Below, piece by piece: positions 1 to 11,960 of a stretch of 64,000 bases of DNA. Location: the NCBI GenBank assembly GCA_951406725.2, contig OX597814.1, positions 158,782,001 through 158,846,000 of the forward strand, written 5' to 3'. The DNA is from Octopus vulgaris. Lineage: Eukaryota. The notes below the pieces were generated by a model. It searched no databases. It saw nothing but the letters and a program-made list of their open reading frames with translations, and was not told the DNA's origin. The first letter of the stretch is position 1, and every line of letters begins with the position of its first letter. The position numbers and the translations under genes are program-made.

Positions 1-597
1 CAAATAAGGTACATGTGCATGTGTGTGCATGTTTATTATACACAAGTGCGCGCACACACACACACAGAGTTACACACACACACACAACAATATATATATA
101 TAATTGTTTAATTTACCTTGCAAAATGAAAACATTAAACTACTTAGCATTCATGCTTGTGTGTGTGCTGTTGTTGTTGTCTAACTGCTGGTCAGTCCTGA
201 CCAAACAGAAATATTATCAAAAACACTCCAGCAGTGGCCATACCTTAGTCTAACTAGTACTACATCATGCAACATATCCTTCTTTTTATTTAGATAGTAT
301 GTTGTAATTAGAAGGAGATCTGTCTACTATTTCTAGCAGGCTGGATTAGCATGTATAGCTGTGTTGTCCAGCCACAGAACAATCTTGATCAAGTAGAAAT
401 ATAATGAAAAGCATTCCAGCCAAAGCCACCCTGACGTTTTAGAATATCCAGTATTACATTTATTTGTGTCCTGTCCATGTATAAGATATAGAATATTTGA
501 AAGAGATTCAGCTGTTATTTCTAGCAGATCGATTGCCTACATAGAGGCCACCTCATTGATTCAATGTGTAATTATGTAATGTATGCTGTGCACTTAC

Positions 598-906
598 CTT
601 TTTTCTGTAAGATGGGCAGTGGGGGTGATGGGTCAGTAAGTTCTCCAGTTGTAGTTTCTCCCCTTACTCTGATATAGTAATCCACTCCTTGCTTTAAATC
701 TGTAATTCTATGTCTTTTCTCTTTTAATCCAGTTACCAAAGTTTTCCACTCCTTTGACGGAGCTTCAAGTATTTCTAATGTGTATCCAGTGAGTGAGTCT
801 TCTCGATCATATGGCTGATAGTATATCCGATGCCATTGCAAATACACACCTTGAGTATCATCAGCAAGGATCTCGGGCTGAACGAATGGGCCTGTATTAG
901 GAGCAC
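598..906 (-). CDS. Internal exon encoding one fibronectin type III domain (titin/twitchin-like FN3-array protein)
   Basis: Acceptor ttttag| at 908-907 and donor G|gtaagt at 597; 309 bp, phase 1-1. Translation APNTGPFVQPEILADDTQGVYLQWHR...GYTLEILEAPSKEWKTLV...ITDLKQGVDYYIRVRGETTTGELTDPSPP carries the FN3 W, Y, L-x5-Y-x-(I/F)RV and PSxP hallmarks. Confidence 0.93.
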
Positions 907-2604
907 CTAAAAATGATATACACAAGCATTTAACATACAAACACACATTGTGCAGTAACTAATAATAAGTAATGATATGGGAAAAAGTATAGTATAATAA
1001 AACCATTAGAATATATAACTTATCTTTAACAGAATTTACTTACCAGTTTTTTAGATCATTGCTATATCTATAAAGAAAGTTTTGATAAGAAACGAAAGAC
1101 ACTACAAAGAAGAGACAAGAAGGAGGCATCATATTACATTTGAAATATATCTCAGGTACCAAATACACATGTCTTATTCCTAAGGAATTAAGCATGTAGA
1201 GAATTAGCTTTAAACCAGACAGAAATAGATATGATCAACAAAAGTAATAACAGGATAGGGGAAGGCTTAAAATTAACCTGAAAGGAAGGGAGTGTTAGAA
1301 GCACCCTGCACTAGGAGATGCTTACACCAGCTAGTAGCATCAGTAAAAGAGGAATGAAGAAAGAAAAGGAAGAAGTAGATATCAGTAAAAGAACTACTCT
1401 ATCAGCTGTAGCTGAACTTTTATTTTTTTTCTTTTAGGTAGAAAGAGGTGCCCACAGTCAAGGATTGATAAATAATAGGTTTATATAACTAGAACAGAAG
1501 CTAGTATGCCAAACAATCTGCTGACCTAGTGGGCATTTGGACTCAAATTATCTTATGATAAGACCTGGTAAGTTATTTGGCCAAGATTAGCATCAACAAT
1601 ATTTGAAAGCTGAATGCCTACTTGTAGTGGTCCATTAAATGAAGTATCTTTCCCTGCTGTTGAATTAGCTTAGGAGGAGGGAGAAAGTGCCAAAATTACA
1701 TACCAGCATACAGTTTATGAAAGTAGTTTTATGTATCTTTCTATATCAACTTATAAAGGTAATTTCTTAATGGCAGCCAGTAATTATAACGACTGCAATA
1801 TTTTCATTATTACTGGGTATTTGTGAAGGTCTGTACACTACAATGTTCTATCATCTGTTCAAATATCAACCATATTTATTTAATTGTCAATTGTACTAAA
1901 AAAAGAAATGAAAAAAAAATATATTCATCAAAATCTTTATCAAAAAGGCTACTGCTAGAGATAGCAAACCAACTGAAAACATATGTTCAGGAACTAAATA
2001 TATCAAAATTATTCTGCTTTGCAATAGACTTTATCAAAACCAGTGTGTGAAACAAGAGAAATTTCTTTTTCTTCAGATTCATGTCAGTTAGAATATTTCA
2101 TTTTAAATTAAGCTATTACCGTTTATTCAAGGAAAGCAAATTGCACCAAATGAAATTATAATAGTCTAAAAATAGTATTTCTTAAATAACTATAGTAGAA
2201 ATGTACTTTTGTTGACAACTTTTAAATCTTTAAAAGATCAATCATAAGATTAAATGTGTATAGGAAGTTAAAATAGAATTGGAATGCATAATTAGCTAAT
2301 TAAAGGTTTCTATAAAAATAAAACGATGTGTTAATGATGAAAATGCTTACTGCTAAAGTTTTATATATGAGTGGGTGGATTTACTTTTCAATTGATATTA
2401 GATACTTATTAATTTCCAAGAGAAAATTTTCAAGGAGAAAATGATTCACCTTTAGCTCTTGTAATATAATCTCAATTAAATATTCATAACCATTACAGTA
2501 ATGCTTCTTAACAGAATTCAATATAATTTCTCAATTATAAAGTTTATGACAATTTGTAAAAGTATGTGTATAAATATGTGAGTGTACACACACACACATA
2601 CACA

Positions 2605-2646
<42 letters not shown>

Positions 2647-2934
2647 CCATAAGTGTGTGTGAGTGAGTGTGTATGCATGCAAGCATGGCTGTGTGGTTAT
2701 GAAATCTCTTCTCAACTATATATTTTCAGTTTCTGCTCCACTATACAGTACCATAGTATCATGGGTAAGTGTCTTCTACTGTAGTTCCAGTTTGACCAGA
2801 GCCCTGTCAATGGATCTGAGAGACAGAACTTCACAAGAAACCCATCATAAATGTGTGTGTACATGCACATGCGTGTGTGTGTATTTGTGTGTATGTGTGT
2901 GTTGCGTGTATGTGAGAGAGTATGAAGGCATTGA

Positions 2935-3187
2935 CAAATGACCAAAACCTTCGGCAATATGCGGTGCTTGACAAGAAGACTCATGAAGCCAAGTGAAATT
3001 GTAGTTGTGGCAACTGGCATATAAAAGCATCTATTACACTCTGAGTGGTTGACATTAGGAAGGGCATCCAGCCATAGAAACCATGCCAACTCAGACTGGA
3101 GTCTGGTGCAGCCCCACAGCTTGCCAGCTCTGGTCAAGCCATCCAACCCATACCAGCATGGACAATGGACGTTAAATGATGATGATA
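2935..3187 (+). mobile_element. RTE-LINE 3' tail / RTE-tailed SINE-like repeat with (GAT)n end (representative copy)
   Basis: GAGTGGTTG..ATTAGGAAGGGCATCCAGC...CCAACCCAT.CCAGCATGGA...GGACGTTAAATGATGATGAT. The same motif ends the RTE at 48230-48560 and recurs at ~4750-4950, 6290-6425, 12900-13030, 13730-13900, 26170-26262 (+) and 15603-15650, 37790-37918 (-). Confidence 0.8.
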
Positions 3188-3267
3188 ATAATATATATAT
3201 AAGAATTTTTTGCATAATGAAATAAAAAAACCAAGGCTGTGTAGATATTAGAACATTTATAGATAGG

Positions 3268-3317
3268 TCTTACAGCTGTTTCCAGGATATTTATTAATTA
3301 TATACCTTCATCAGAGA
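3268..3317 (-). ncRNA. Minimal type I hammerhead ribozyme motif, Penelope pLTR type
   Basis: Minus strand reads TCT-CTGATGA-AGGTATAT(aattaataa)ATATCCT-g-GAAAC-AGCT-GTA-AGA: complete core boxes, 3-bp stem I, stem II, palindromic stem III ACAGCTGT and a GUA cleavage triplet. Confidence 0.75.
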
Positions 3318-3330
3318 TGGTGTGAGAGGA

Positions 3331-3583
3331 TAATTAAGTCATAGTTAGTCTAGATAGGATACAAAATAGAGAATGAGGTGGAGGAAAGTAAATAGATGTA
3401 AGATATGTAGGGATATTGAAGTTGTAGATCCATTTGATCTACAACTTCAATATCCATACATATCTTACATCTATTTACTTTCCTGGATCTACAACTTCAA
3501 TATCCCTACATATCTTACATCTATTTACTTTCCTCCACCCCCACTCTCTATTTTGTGTCCTATCTAGACTAACTATTACTTAA
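3331..3583. repeat. Fold-back: ~100 bp inverted arms with a duplicated ~50 bp segment as spacer
   Basis: 3331-3431 is the reverse complement of 3485-3583 with few mismatches; 3435-3484 is a tandem copy of the start of the right arm. Confidence 0.92.
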
Positions 3584-4145
3584 CCATCCTTGTTGGTAGG
3601 GTGTGAGAGCCTGGATCTGGCCAGTTTGAACATGAAACAGGTAGAATATTTGGGCAGAATATGGCTGGATTAAATGCTAGATGATTAATAATATTAGCAT
3701 TTAGATACACAGACTGACAGATTGGAAATTGCTGAACCGTTGGGTAGAATTTACCTGATAATTATTAGCTATAAATGCAGATGTAGAATTATTACATGGA
3801 ATCATTAGAATTATGATTCTTTGTTTTCATTTTGCTTTTAATAATAAAAGGGGATGAGAAAATTTCCCAATCCTTCTATTCTATCTGGTTTAAAGGAGTA
3901 GCTGATTAACAAAGTATATAATTTGAGATTAGATATTTGAAATTATATGAAATATTAAATGCCAAAATTTCATATTGTGAGTGTGTGTGTGAGAAAGAGA
4001 GAGAGAGAGAGAGTCTTTGTGCATGTGTGTTTAAGTATAGGTTCATGTGGTTAGATTGTTGAGGGTGAAGTTGGAAGAAACACTTTTCTTTTTGTGTCTA
4101 CAAAACATTATTGTATTATTAGCAGTGAAGCTGAAATGAAAATTA

Positions 4146-4362
4146 TTGGTTTCAAACTTTGGCACAAGGCCAACAAGTTCAGAGTAAGGGTTAAATCGAT
4201 TACATTGGCCCCAGTACTCAACTGGTACTTATTTTATCAACCCAAAAAGGATGAGAAGTAAAGTTGACCTCAGTGGAATTTGAACTCAGAATGTAGAGAC
4301 AGGTGAAATGCCACTGAGTGTTTTGCCCATTGTGCTAGCAATTCTGCTTGCTCACCACCTTT
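4146..4362 (-). mobile_element. tRNA-derived SINE, family A ((ATT)n tail)
   Basis: Minus strand has GGTGGTGAGC..GCAGAAT.G.TAGC (A-box-like) and GAGTTCAAATTCC (B-box), and ends CCTTGTGCCAAA.TTTGAAACCAATAATT. Further minus-strand copies at ~9315-9430 and ~9500-9708, plus-strand copy at ~14705-14912. Confidence 0.8.
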
Positions 4363-5043
4363 GCAATGAAAAATATAGGCATATATTTGAACATATTAAC
4401 TGTGAACCTAAGCAAATAAACAAGAGAAGGAAATATTGCAGCATTCAAAAAAATTAAGGTGAATATTAGTTTTCTTTATTTGAACATAAGATTAAAAAAT
4501 AATTTAAACAATTGAAATGTAACAAGGTTTATACTTTCAATAAAATATATTATAGTTGCCATAAGAATTGTCAAAGGTAAGCAAAGTATACTAAACACAA
4601 CTAAATAAGGCTGTCCAGATAAATGATTTATACACTCATTGGTATTAGACTTTCTATACAATTTTCATAGTATTTTACACTTCATATTATAAGTATATAT
4701 ATGTAAATAAAGATGCACATGTACATACAATATATATATATGTGTAAAAAGATTTGAGCGAGGTCGTTGCCAGTAATGCCTGACTGGCCCCTGTGCCGGT
4801 GGCATGTAAAAAGCACCCACTACACTCTTGGAGTGGTTGGCGTTAGGAAGGGCATCCAGCTGTAGAAACTCTGCCAGATCAAGATTGGAGTCTGGTGCAG
4901 CCATCAGGTTTGCCAGCCCTCAGTCAAAATCGTCCAACCCATGCTAGCACCAGGGGTATGACAGAGTGTTAGGTAACAATCCAATTATATAACCCTATGC
5001 TCATCAGAGGTAGCCAATAGGGAATGAAATATGATGACTTACG

Positions 5044-5080
<37 letters not shown>

Positions 5081-5149
5081 ACATATATTTATAGTGCACA
5101 AATAAAATGAACTTCATGTTTAAGGCTCTGATCAAATATTATATGTATG

Positions 5150-5470
5150 TAAAGTGTCAGGTTCACAATCATGAGGGAGTGAGTTCAATTCCCAGACTGG
5201 ACTGTGTGTTGCACTCTTGAACAGGACTCTTTATTTCACATTCCTCCAGTTCACTTGTCTGTAGATATGAGTTGCGACATTACTGGTGCTAAGCTGCATT
5301 GGTCTTTGCCTTTGCTTTCCCTTGGAAAACATTGGTGGCATAGAAAGGGGAGACTGGTATGCATGGATGACTGCTGGTCTTCTATAAACAATCTTGCTTG
5401 GACTTGCCCATGGGAAGAGAACTTTCTAGGTGCAATCCCATGGTCATTCATAACCGAAGGGGATCTTTGC
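5150..5470 (+). mobile_element. tRNA-derived SINE, family D
   Basis: B-box-like GAGTTCAATTCCC followed by GTTG..CTCTTGAACAGG..CTTTATTTCAC...CCAGTTCAC. An inverted copy lies at ~52470-52805 and related heads at ~44255-44535 and ~29480-29645 (-). Confidence 0.75.
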
Positions 5471-6465
5471 TCTTTTACCCTTTATATATCACTCCACAAT
5501 TTATTTGCCATTAATCACCTTCAGTTATGTTTCCCTCTCCTCTGAATTTCATCACAAGACTGCTATACATCATCTTTAACATTTTCACATAGCCATTATC
5601 ATTCTCAACATCCACATATATTTGCTATCAATAATCACCTCATCAGCATTGTTTCCCATTCACTGCAGTACATTTATGTACCTCTGACTATCATCTCTGT
5701 CACTTTATATCATCTCTCTCTATCCCTCTCTCTCTCCCCTCTCTCTCTCCCTCTCTCTCCCCTCTCACTCTCTCCCTCACTCTCCTACCTCACACACCAT
5801 CTTCTTATTTCTGATCTGTCCACAAGCTTATTACACAGCAGCTTTCTACTCCTCTTTTACTGCAACTTATTACCTCCTCCTTCTTGAGCAACCCCTACAT
5901 CTTTCATCTTCTCCCATATTGATATTTGCACTCGACCACATGTTCACTCTTGTTCATTAGTCACTACATTCACTTCTACTCACCTCTCCAACCATCTGTT
6001 ACTCGCTTCTCACACTCTTATGAAGTTATCTACCCATCATTTCCAATCCAATGTCTGTATTCTCTATTATATCTACCTTCCTATATCATCTTTGTCTTCC
6101 TTCCAGCTACTCCCAACCATCCTTACATAATACAAAGTAGCCATGTATCTCCTCTATTGCAAGACACACACCTGTACCTGTCCTTCTACTATACCTTTCA
6201 CCACTTGGCATAAAGTCACCTCCTTTATTACAATCCCTCTTAGTTGAGGAGGCATTTTCTTTGTCCTGCCAGTTATTTGTCAACCTCACAAGCATTGGTG
6301 CCACAAAAAAGCATCCAGTACATTCTGTAAAGTGATTGATATTAAGAAGGGTATTCAGTTATTAAAACCATATCCTAAGCAGACATTGGTGTTCAACACA
6401 GTCCTCCAGCTTGTTAGATGCTGTAAAATCTTCCACACACACACACACAGTCATTCAAGAATTTG

Positions 6466-7370
6466 AACCTGGAGATCTCCATTTCCAGTGACTTCAAGGT
6501 CCACCTCCCAGTGGTGTTGGGCGTCAACGAAGAGCCCTCAACTACAACAAGACGACCAAAGTTTGTTTTTTTTTCCAAGGTCTGGGGTCTCCCGCCCCTA
6601 AGCCCTAAACCATCACCTAATCACCTTTACCCGTCTTGTTGCTTAACAACAACAATAACCCATGCTGACAGGAAAGACAGATGATAAATGATGATACATA
6701 AACACACATATACACTACTACTGTCTTCACTGACCATTCAACTAGATTATGCACCCTAACTACAACACTTACACACTCTCACGAACACCAACATTTGAAG
6801 TAATTTCAATGCTATGAACGACTCCTGGTATTCAAATAGCACAGATAATTAAAGATGTAACATAATATCATTACAACTAAGCGTCCTTTATATCCTAAAC
6901 AATCCACACAAATACTTATTATACCTTACCAACCCAAATAGAAGAACTCCTCTTCAGACATCACCATCTGCTCCAAACACCTAACTGTTACAACCATCTT
7001 GTAAACAATTACCAATTTTTCTTAGACCACCAACCGATTATCATCACAACACACTTGTACATCAATGAAGGCAGGAAAAACTCCTTCACAAACTTCAAGA
7101 AAGCACAATGGAATGAGTTTCACTGAGAAACAGAATCAAGGTTTTCAGAATTCAGTGTATATTCAGCAAAATAGTTCTAGACACACCGACAAAACATATC
7201 ACGCTAAACAACATAAAGAATTATAACCCCAGTTACACACTAGAAATAGCCAAACTGATAAAGTCCAAAGACAACCTCAAACCCAGTACATAAGCACCAG
7301 TCACAACTGAAACAGAATTCAGTAAACTAAAGGAAATAAGAACAGCAGCAACAACAGTGATAACAACATC
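6466..7370 (+). pseudogene. Decayed LINE APE-endonuclease fragments (I/Nimb/Jockey-like)
   Basis: Broken frames read EISISSDFKVH, SNFNA..SWYS, SSSDITI, DHQPI and SFTNFKKAQWNEF, which are APE and post-APE motifs. Confidence 0.55.
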
Positions 7371-7407
7371 AATAATAATAATAACAACAACAACAACAAC
7401 AGCAATA

Positions 7408-8581
7408 AATGGAAGCAGGGGTAATTGCATAGACAGTAGATGAACTAAACCGCTTAGACAGAAAGACAAGGAAGTTTCTAACTAGACAAGGGTCACTCCA
7501 CCCAAAAAGGGACACAGACAGACTGTATGTACCAAGGAAAAGAGGGGAAGAGGACTTATTGGATGTGAACACAGCTTTAGAGCAGAAGAAAACAACATAG
7601 CATGGTATGTAAAAAGTGCCACAGAACCACTATTATTAGAAGTAAGAAGGTCAAGCTTGTGTAGGATGAAAGATTGCTTATGTAGGATAAAAGATACTCA
7701 CTGTACAAGAAATTGAAAACAAATGAAACTGAAAATAGGTGGGTAAAGAAAAGAATGCATGGTCAATTTCATAGGGATGTCGAAGATAAGACAGATAGAG
7801 AAAAAAGACGGCTATGGATGACTAAAAGTGATTTAAAACTGGAAACGGAGGCTTTAGTCTGTGCTGCCCAAGAGCAAGCACTAAGAACAAACTATATAAA
7901 ATATAGAATAGACAGCACAGCAGAAAGTGATAAGTGCAGAATATGTGGACAAAATGGTGAAACCGTATGGCATATTACCAGCCAATGTATGTCACTAGCC
8001 CAGAAGGAATATAAAAGATGCCACAACAATATAGCCTGGATTGTCCATTGGACACTTTGCAACAAGTATGGACTTGACAGAGCAAAAAATTGGTACAACA
8101 ACAAACCTAAAGGCATCGTTGAAAATAGAAATGCAAAGATCCTATGGGATTTTATGATTCAGTGCGACCATGAGATAGAGAATAGGAAACCAGGCATAGT
8201 CTTAATTGAGAAAGCAAACAAACTATGCTGAATCATAGATATAGCATGCCCAGCTGACAACAAGGTATGTGATAAGGAAAAAAGAAAAGTTGAGAGATAT
8301 GACAGGTTAGCTTGGGAAGTTAAGCAGTTGTGGTCGATGAAAAAGGGAGCATTAGTACAAATAATTGTGGGAGCCCTGGGAACAGAGAACAAAAGTCTCA
8401 AGAAGTACAAGGAACAAATAGGGGTTGCAATAAGGGTGGAGCACTTGCAGAAAACAGCACTGCTTGGAACCACCCGAATACTCCTGAAGGTACTTGAGAA
8501 ATAAGAGGTGTTACCTTAGTTCACTGGTAGTGAACACCTGACAATGCATTACATCTCCAGCATTAGAAACTGTGCAAAAGC

Positions 8582-8601
<20 letters not shown>
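7408..8601 (+). mobile_element. 5'-truncated, decayed R4/Dong-like RLE non-LTR retrotransposon
   Basis: LDRKTRKFL...LHPKRDTDRLYVPRK, AAQEQALRT, CCHC knuckle CRICGQNGETVWHITSQC, restriction-like endonuclease RKPGIV...IIDIACP...K..KVERY, IIVGALG; followed by (AAT)n. Confidence 0.9.
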
Positions 8602-8622
<21 letters not shown>

Positions 8623-8649
8623 TAATAATAATAATAATAATAATAATAA

Positions 8650-8900
8650 AGATTGAGATTTCTAGGACATGGCAATTAAAAACCAAATCCCAGTTGTTGT
8701 AGCTGCCCTGGAAATGATCAAGAAATGTACTGGCAAATTTTTTGATCTATGGAAAACCAATAATCTATGAGACCCAAAATCATTTTGTTGACATCAACCA
8801 CCCACTTTCTCAAAAAGTTTCCCTCCATCTAATATATATGTGCCTTAGGTCTTTGGTTGAGATCCAGTCAGAAGATGAAATAAAATGCAACTCAGTCGGA
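8650..8900 (+). mobile_element. Short 3' fragment of an R4/Dong-like element
   Basis: KIEISRTWQLKT/IPVVVAALEMIKK, matching the C-terminus of the 10156-11457 ORF; flanked by (AAT)n. Confidence 0.7.
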
Positions 8901-8979
8901 AAATAATAATTGATCGCATGCCTATTTCATTCCAGGATCATAAAGAAAGAAGACAAAAACAAAAAAAAAAAAGAAAAAG

Positions 8980-9255
8980 AAATACAATCCCTTAAAATTT
9001 GAAATAGGAAGAATTTGGAGCATGAGAACAGTAAAGGTCATGCCTATAATAATTGGTACATTGGGAACAATAAGCAAAGAGACAAACAAATGGCAGAAGA
9101 AGATTGGAATAGAAATTCCTGGTTGAGGTCCTACAGAAAGTTTGTCTCTTAAGGACAGCAAAGATTATCAGGATGGTTCTAAACACTTGTGGATACCTAA
9201 GGTTACAGGTAGCAACCTGCTACCCACAGGAATAAGACAGAACCTGAATCAAACC
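8980..9255 (+). mobile_element. Short 3' fragment of a different R4/Dong-like family
   Basis: KYNPLKFEIGRIWSMRTVKVMPIIIGTLGTISK...LQKVCLLRTAKII; followed by (GAT)(AAT)n. Confidence 0.75.
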
Positions 9256-9276
9256 AAATTAATGTTGATGATGATG

Positions 9277-9314
<38 letters not shown>

Positions 9315-9732
9315 CCTTTCTACTACAGGCACAAGGCTTGGATTTTGTTGGGAGGGGAACAGTCAAGTCCATTGATCGAAGACAAAGTCGACCTCAGCGG
9401 AATTTGAGCTCAGAATGTAGTGACAGGTGAAACACAACAACAACAACAACAACAATAATAATGATAATAATAAGAATAATGACGATGATGATAATTGATT
9501 GAAGTTTTAACACAAGCTAAGCAATTTTGAGGAGTGGGGTAAGTTGATTACATCAACTCCAGTGCTCAGTAGGTGTCTATATTATTCACCCCAGAAGAAT
9601 GAACGGCTAAGTTGACCTCAGCAATATTTGCACTTGGAACATAAAGCCAGAAGAAATGCAGCTATGTATTTTGTCTGGCATGATAACAATTCTGTTATCT
9701 CACCACCTAATAATAATAATAATAATAATAAT

Positions 9733-9885
9733 ACATTCTACATAAAACACACATCCTATTCTAATTAAAACACTTTCAATACAGTAAAAATAAGAGCACC
9801 ACAGCTACAGCACATACCCAACGCACACAGAGCTGCACTCAGTAGTGCAGTGAAAGCACGTGATAAAAATAAGACTACTGAATGA
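9733..9885 (+). mobile_element. Probable extreme 3' end and 3' UTR of another R4-like family
   Basis: CACATCCTA...AAAACACTTTCAATACAGTAA resembles the HIL(R)K.LS.* terminus; lies between (AAT)n tracts. Confidence 0.5.
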
Positions 9886-9890
9886 TAATG

Positions 9891-9932
<42 letters not shown>

Positions 9933-9950
9933 GTACTAATAATAATAGTA

Positions 9951-10001
<51 letters not shown>

Positions 10002-10037
10002 GTACTAATAATAATAGTACTAATAATAATAGTAGTA

Positions 10038-10094
<57 letters not shown>

Positions 10095-10143
10095 GTACTA
10101 ATAATAATAGTAATAATAATAATAGTAGTAATAATAATAATAA
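9886..10143. repeat. Compound (AAT)n microsatellite with AGT/ACT interruptions
   Basis: Directly visible; it is the source of the poly-N, poly-I and poly-L ORFs. Confidence 0.97.
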
Positions 10144-11662
10144 AGGCATTCAGAGATGAAGGAAAGGATCAGGAGAGAATGTTATCGAAGAGTGAGAGCA
10201 ATACTCAAGACAGAGCTGAATGCAAGAAACAGGATTGAAGCAATCAATGCATTAGCCATACCAGTTGTGACTTACAGTTTCAATATTGTTAACTGGTCAA
10301 TTACTGAAATATGTCAGCTCGACAGAAAAATAAGAAAACTGTTGACAATGCATAGAATGCACCACCCTAAGGCAGATACAGAACGACTTTATCTGCCAAG
10401 AGAAAAAAGAGGCCATGGTCTTTTGCAACTGGCAATAACAATGAAGATTGCTACAATTGGCCTAGACACCTACCTGAAAAAGTCTGAGGGCTGGATGTTA
10501 AAACTTGTCTCAAAACATGAAAACAAGAAAGCATCATACTCAGTAACAAAACAGGCAAAGGAATATCTAAGTGAATTCCGAATACAACAAATTTCAGAAT
10601 TAGAGACAGACATACAAGAAACAAGCACAGAAAAAGCTAGGCGCATGAAAACCCATGCCAAAACTGCGGCCTTAGATATTCTGAATAATAAATGGCAAGA
10701 AAAACCTATCTATGGCAAATACCCAAAGAGAACGAATAATGCAGATATTGACAAAGCCCTGACCCATCAATGGCTAATGGCCTCTGGCTTAAAATCTGAA
10801 ACAGAAGGGTTTATCATAGCAGCTCAAGATCAATGCCTACCAACAAGAAACTACCAGGCCAACATATTAAAGAACGGCAGTAGCCCAACATGTCGTGTAT
10901 GCCAACAACAAAATGAAACCATTGATCATGTTGTCTCCAAATGCAGTCTTCTAGCGCCTACAGAGTACCTCAACAGGCATGATAGAGCTGCACAATATAT
11001 TCACTGGGTAATTTGCAAAAACCTGGATTTGCCCCATGAAAAAAACTGGTGGGAACACAATCTACCTCCAGTGCTTGGAAATGACCACATCTCACTCCTC
11101 TGGAACTTCACCATTCAAACTGACAGAAAGATAGATGCAAATAAGCCAGACATCATATTGAAAGACTTCAGACAAAGAACATGCCTCCTCATTGATATGA
11201 CTGTCCCAATCGGTATAAACGTGTCTGTCAAGACCTACCAAAAACTGAGCAAATATAAAGATCTTGAAATAGAAATCAGCAAAATGTGGAAGCTGAAGAC
11301 TAAAACAATACCTGTTGTCATAGGTGCTCTGGGAATGATAGCGAAAGGGGCTGATTGCTACATAACTCAGATACCAGGAAACCCCAAAATGGCAGAAATT
11401 CAAAAGATAGTGCTCATGGGAACTGCTCATATCCTACGCAAAATACTCTCTATGTAATCCCAAGGTTTAAAACAAACTTTTTTTTGTTTTTTTAATTTAT
11501 GTATTAGACATTCACTAGTACAACACCAAAAACAAAAAAAAAAACAAATATATGGCACACTAGGCATAACAACAACGTGAACTTCCAACCTGTTGTCTCT
11601 TGATGTCTCTGAGTGAGACTTGGAGCCAACTTGTACAGACATAAAACAAAAGTCAAACATAG
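10144..11662 (+). mobile_element. 5'-truncated R4/Dong-like RLE retrotransposon with an uninterrupted 433-aa C-terminal ORF (10156-11457)
   Basis: Post-RT region AINALAIPVVTYSF...HPKADTERLYLPR, AAQDQCLPTRNY, CCHC CRVCQQQNETIDHVVSKC, RHD motif, RLE NKPDIILKD...LIDMTVP...KLSKY; ~200 bp 3' UTR; (AAT)n on both sides. Confidence 0.95.
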
Positions 11663-11689
11663 AATAATAATAATAATAATAATGTACTA

Positions 11690-11960
11690 TTCTGTCTTAA
11701 AGAATGCATCCTCAAGTGTTGCAAGAGAGAAGTTATCAAAGTCATGTTCCTATTTAATCATCATTGGAGCCTTCAGAGAAGCAATAAAGAATTTGTAAAC
11801 AAACCTTGGAAAATTTTATCTTAATCTGGGAGTAGGTGCAATGCAAAAAACATGTTTACATGTTTATTAGGTTCAGCAAGAATTATTGGGGAGGTTCTTC
11901 ATAAAAAGTAAGAACAGTATGAAGAGCAGAAAAAAACTTTTATATAATATGTGCAAAATG
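11690..11960 (+). mobile_element. Old 3' fragment of an R4-like element
   Basis: IIIGAF...MQKTCL...LGSARIIGEVL remnants directly after (AAT)n. Confidence 0.5.

Noticed and set aside
572-946. ORF-track starts and stops for the FN3 ORFs (also 61663-61920 and 62871-63224)
   Set aside because: The ORF ends extend into introns or start internally; splice-site-defined boundaries were used instead.
960-1800. Possible old LINE remnant next to the first exon
   Set aside because: No diagnostic motif could be read with confidence.
9805-10238. Poly-Leu, poly-Asn and poly-Ile ORFs
   Set aside because: Translations of the (AAT)n microsatellite.
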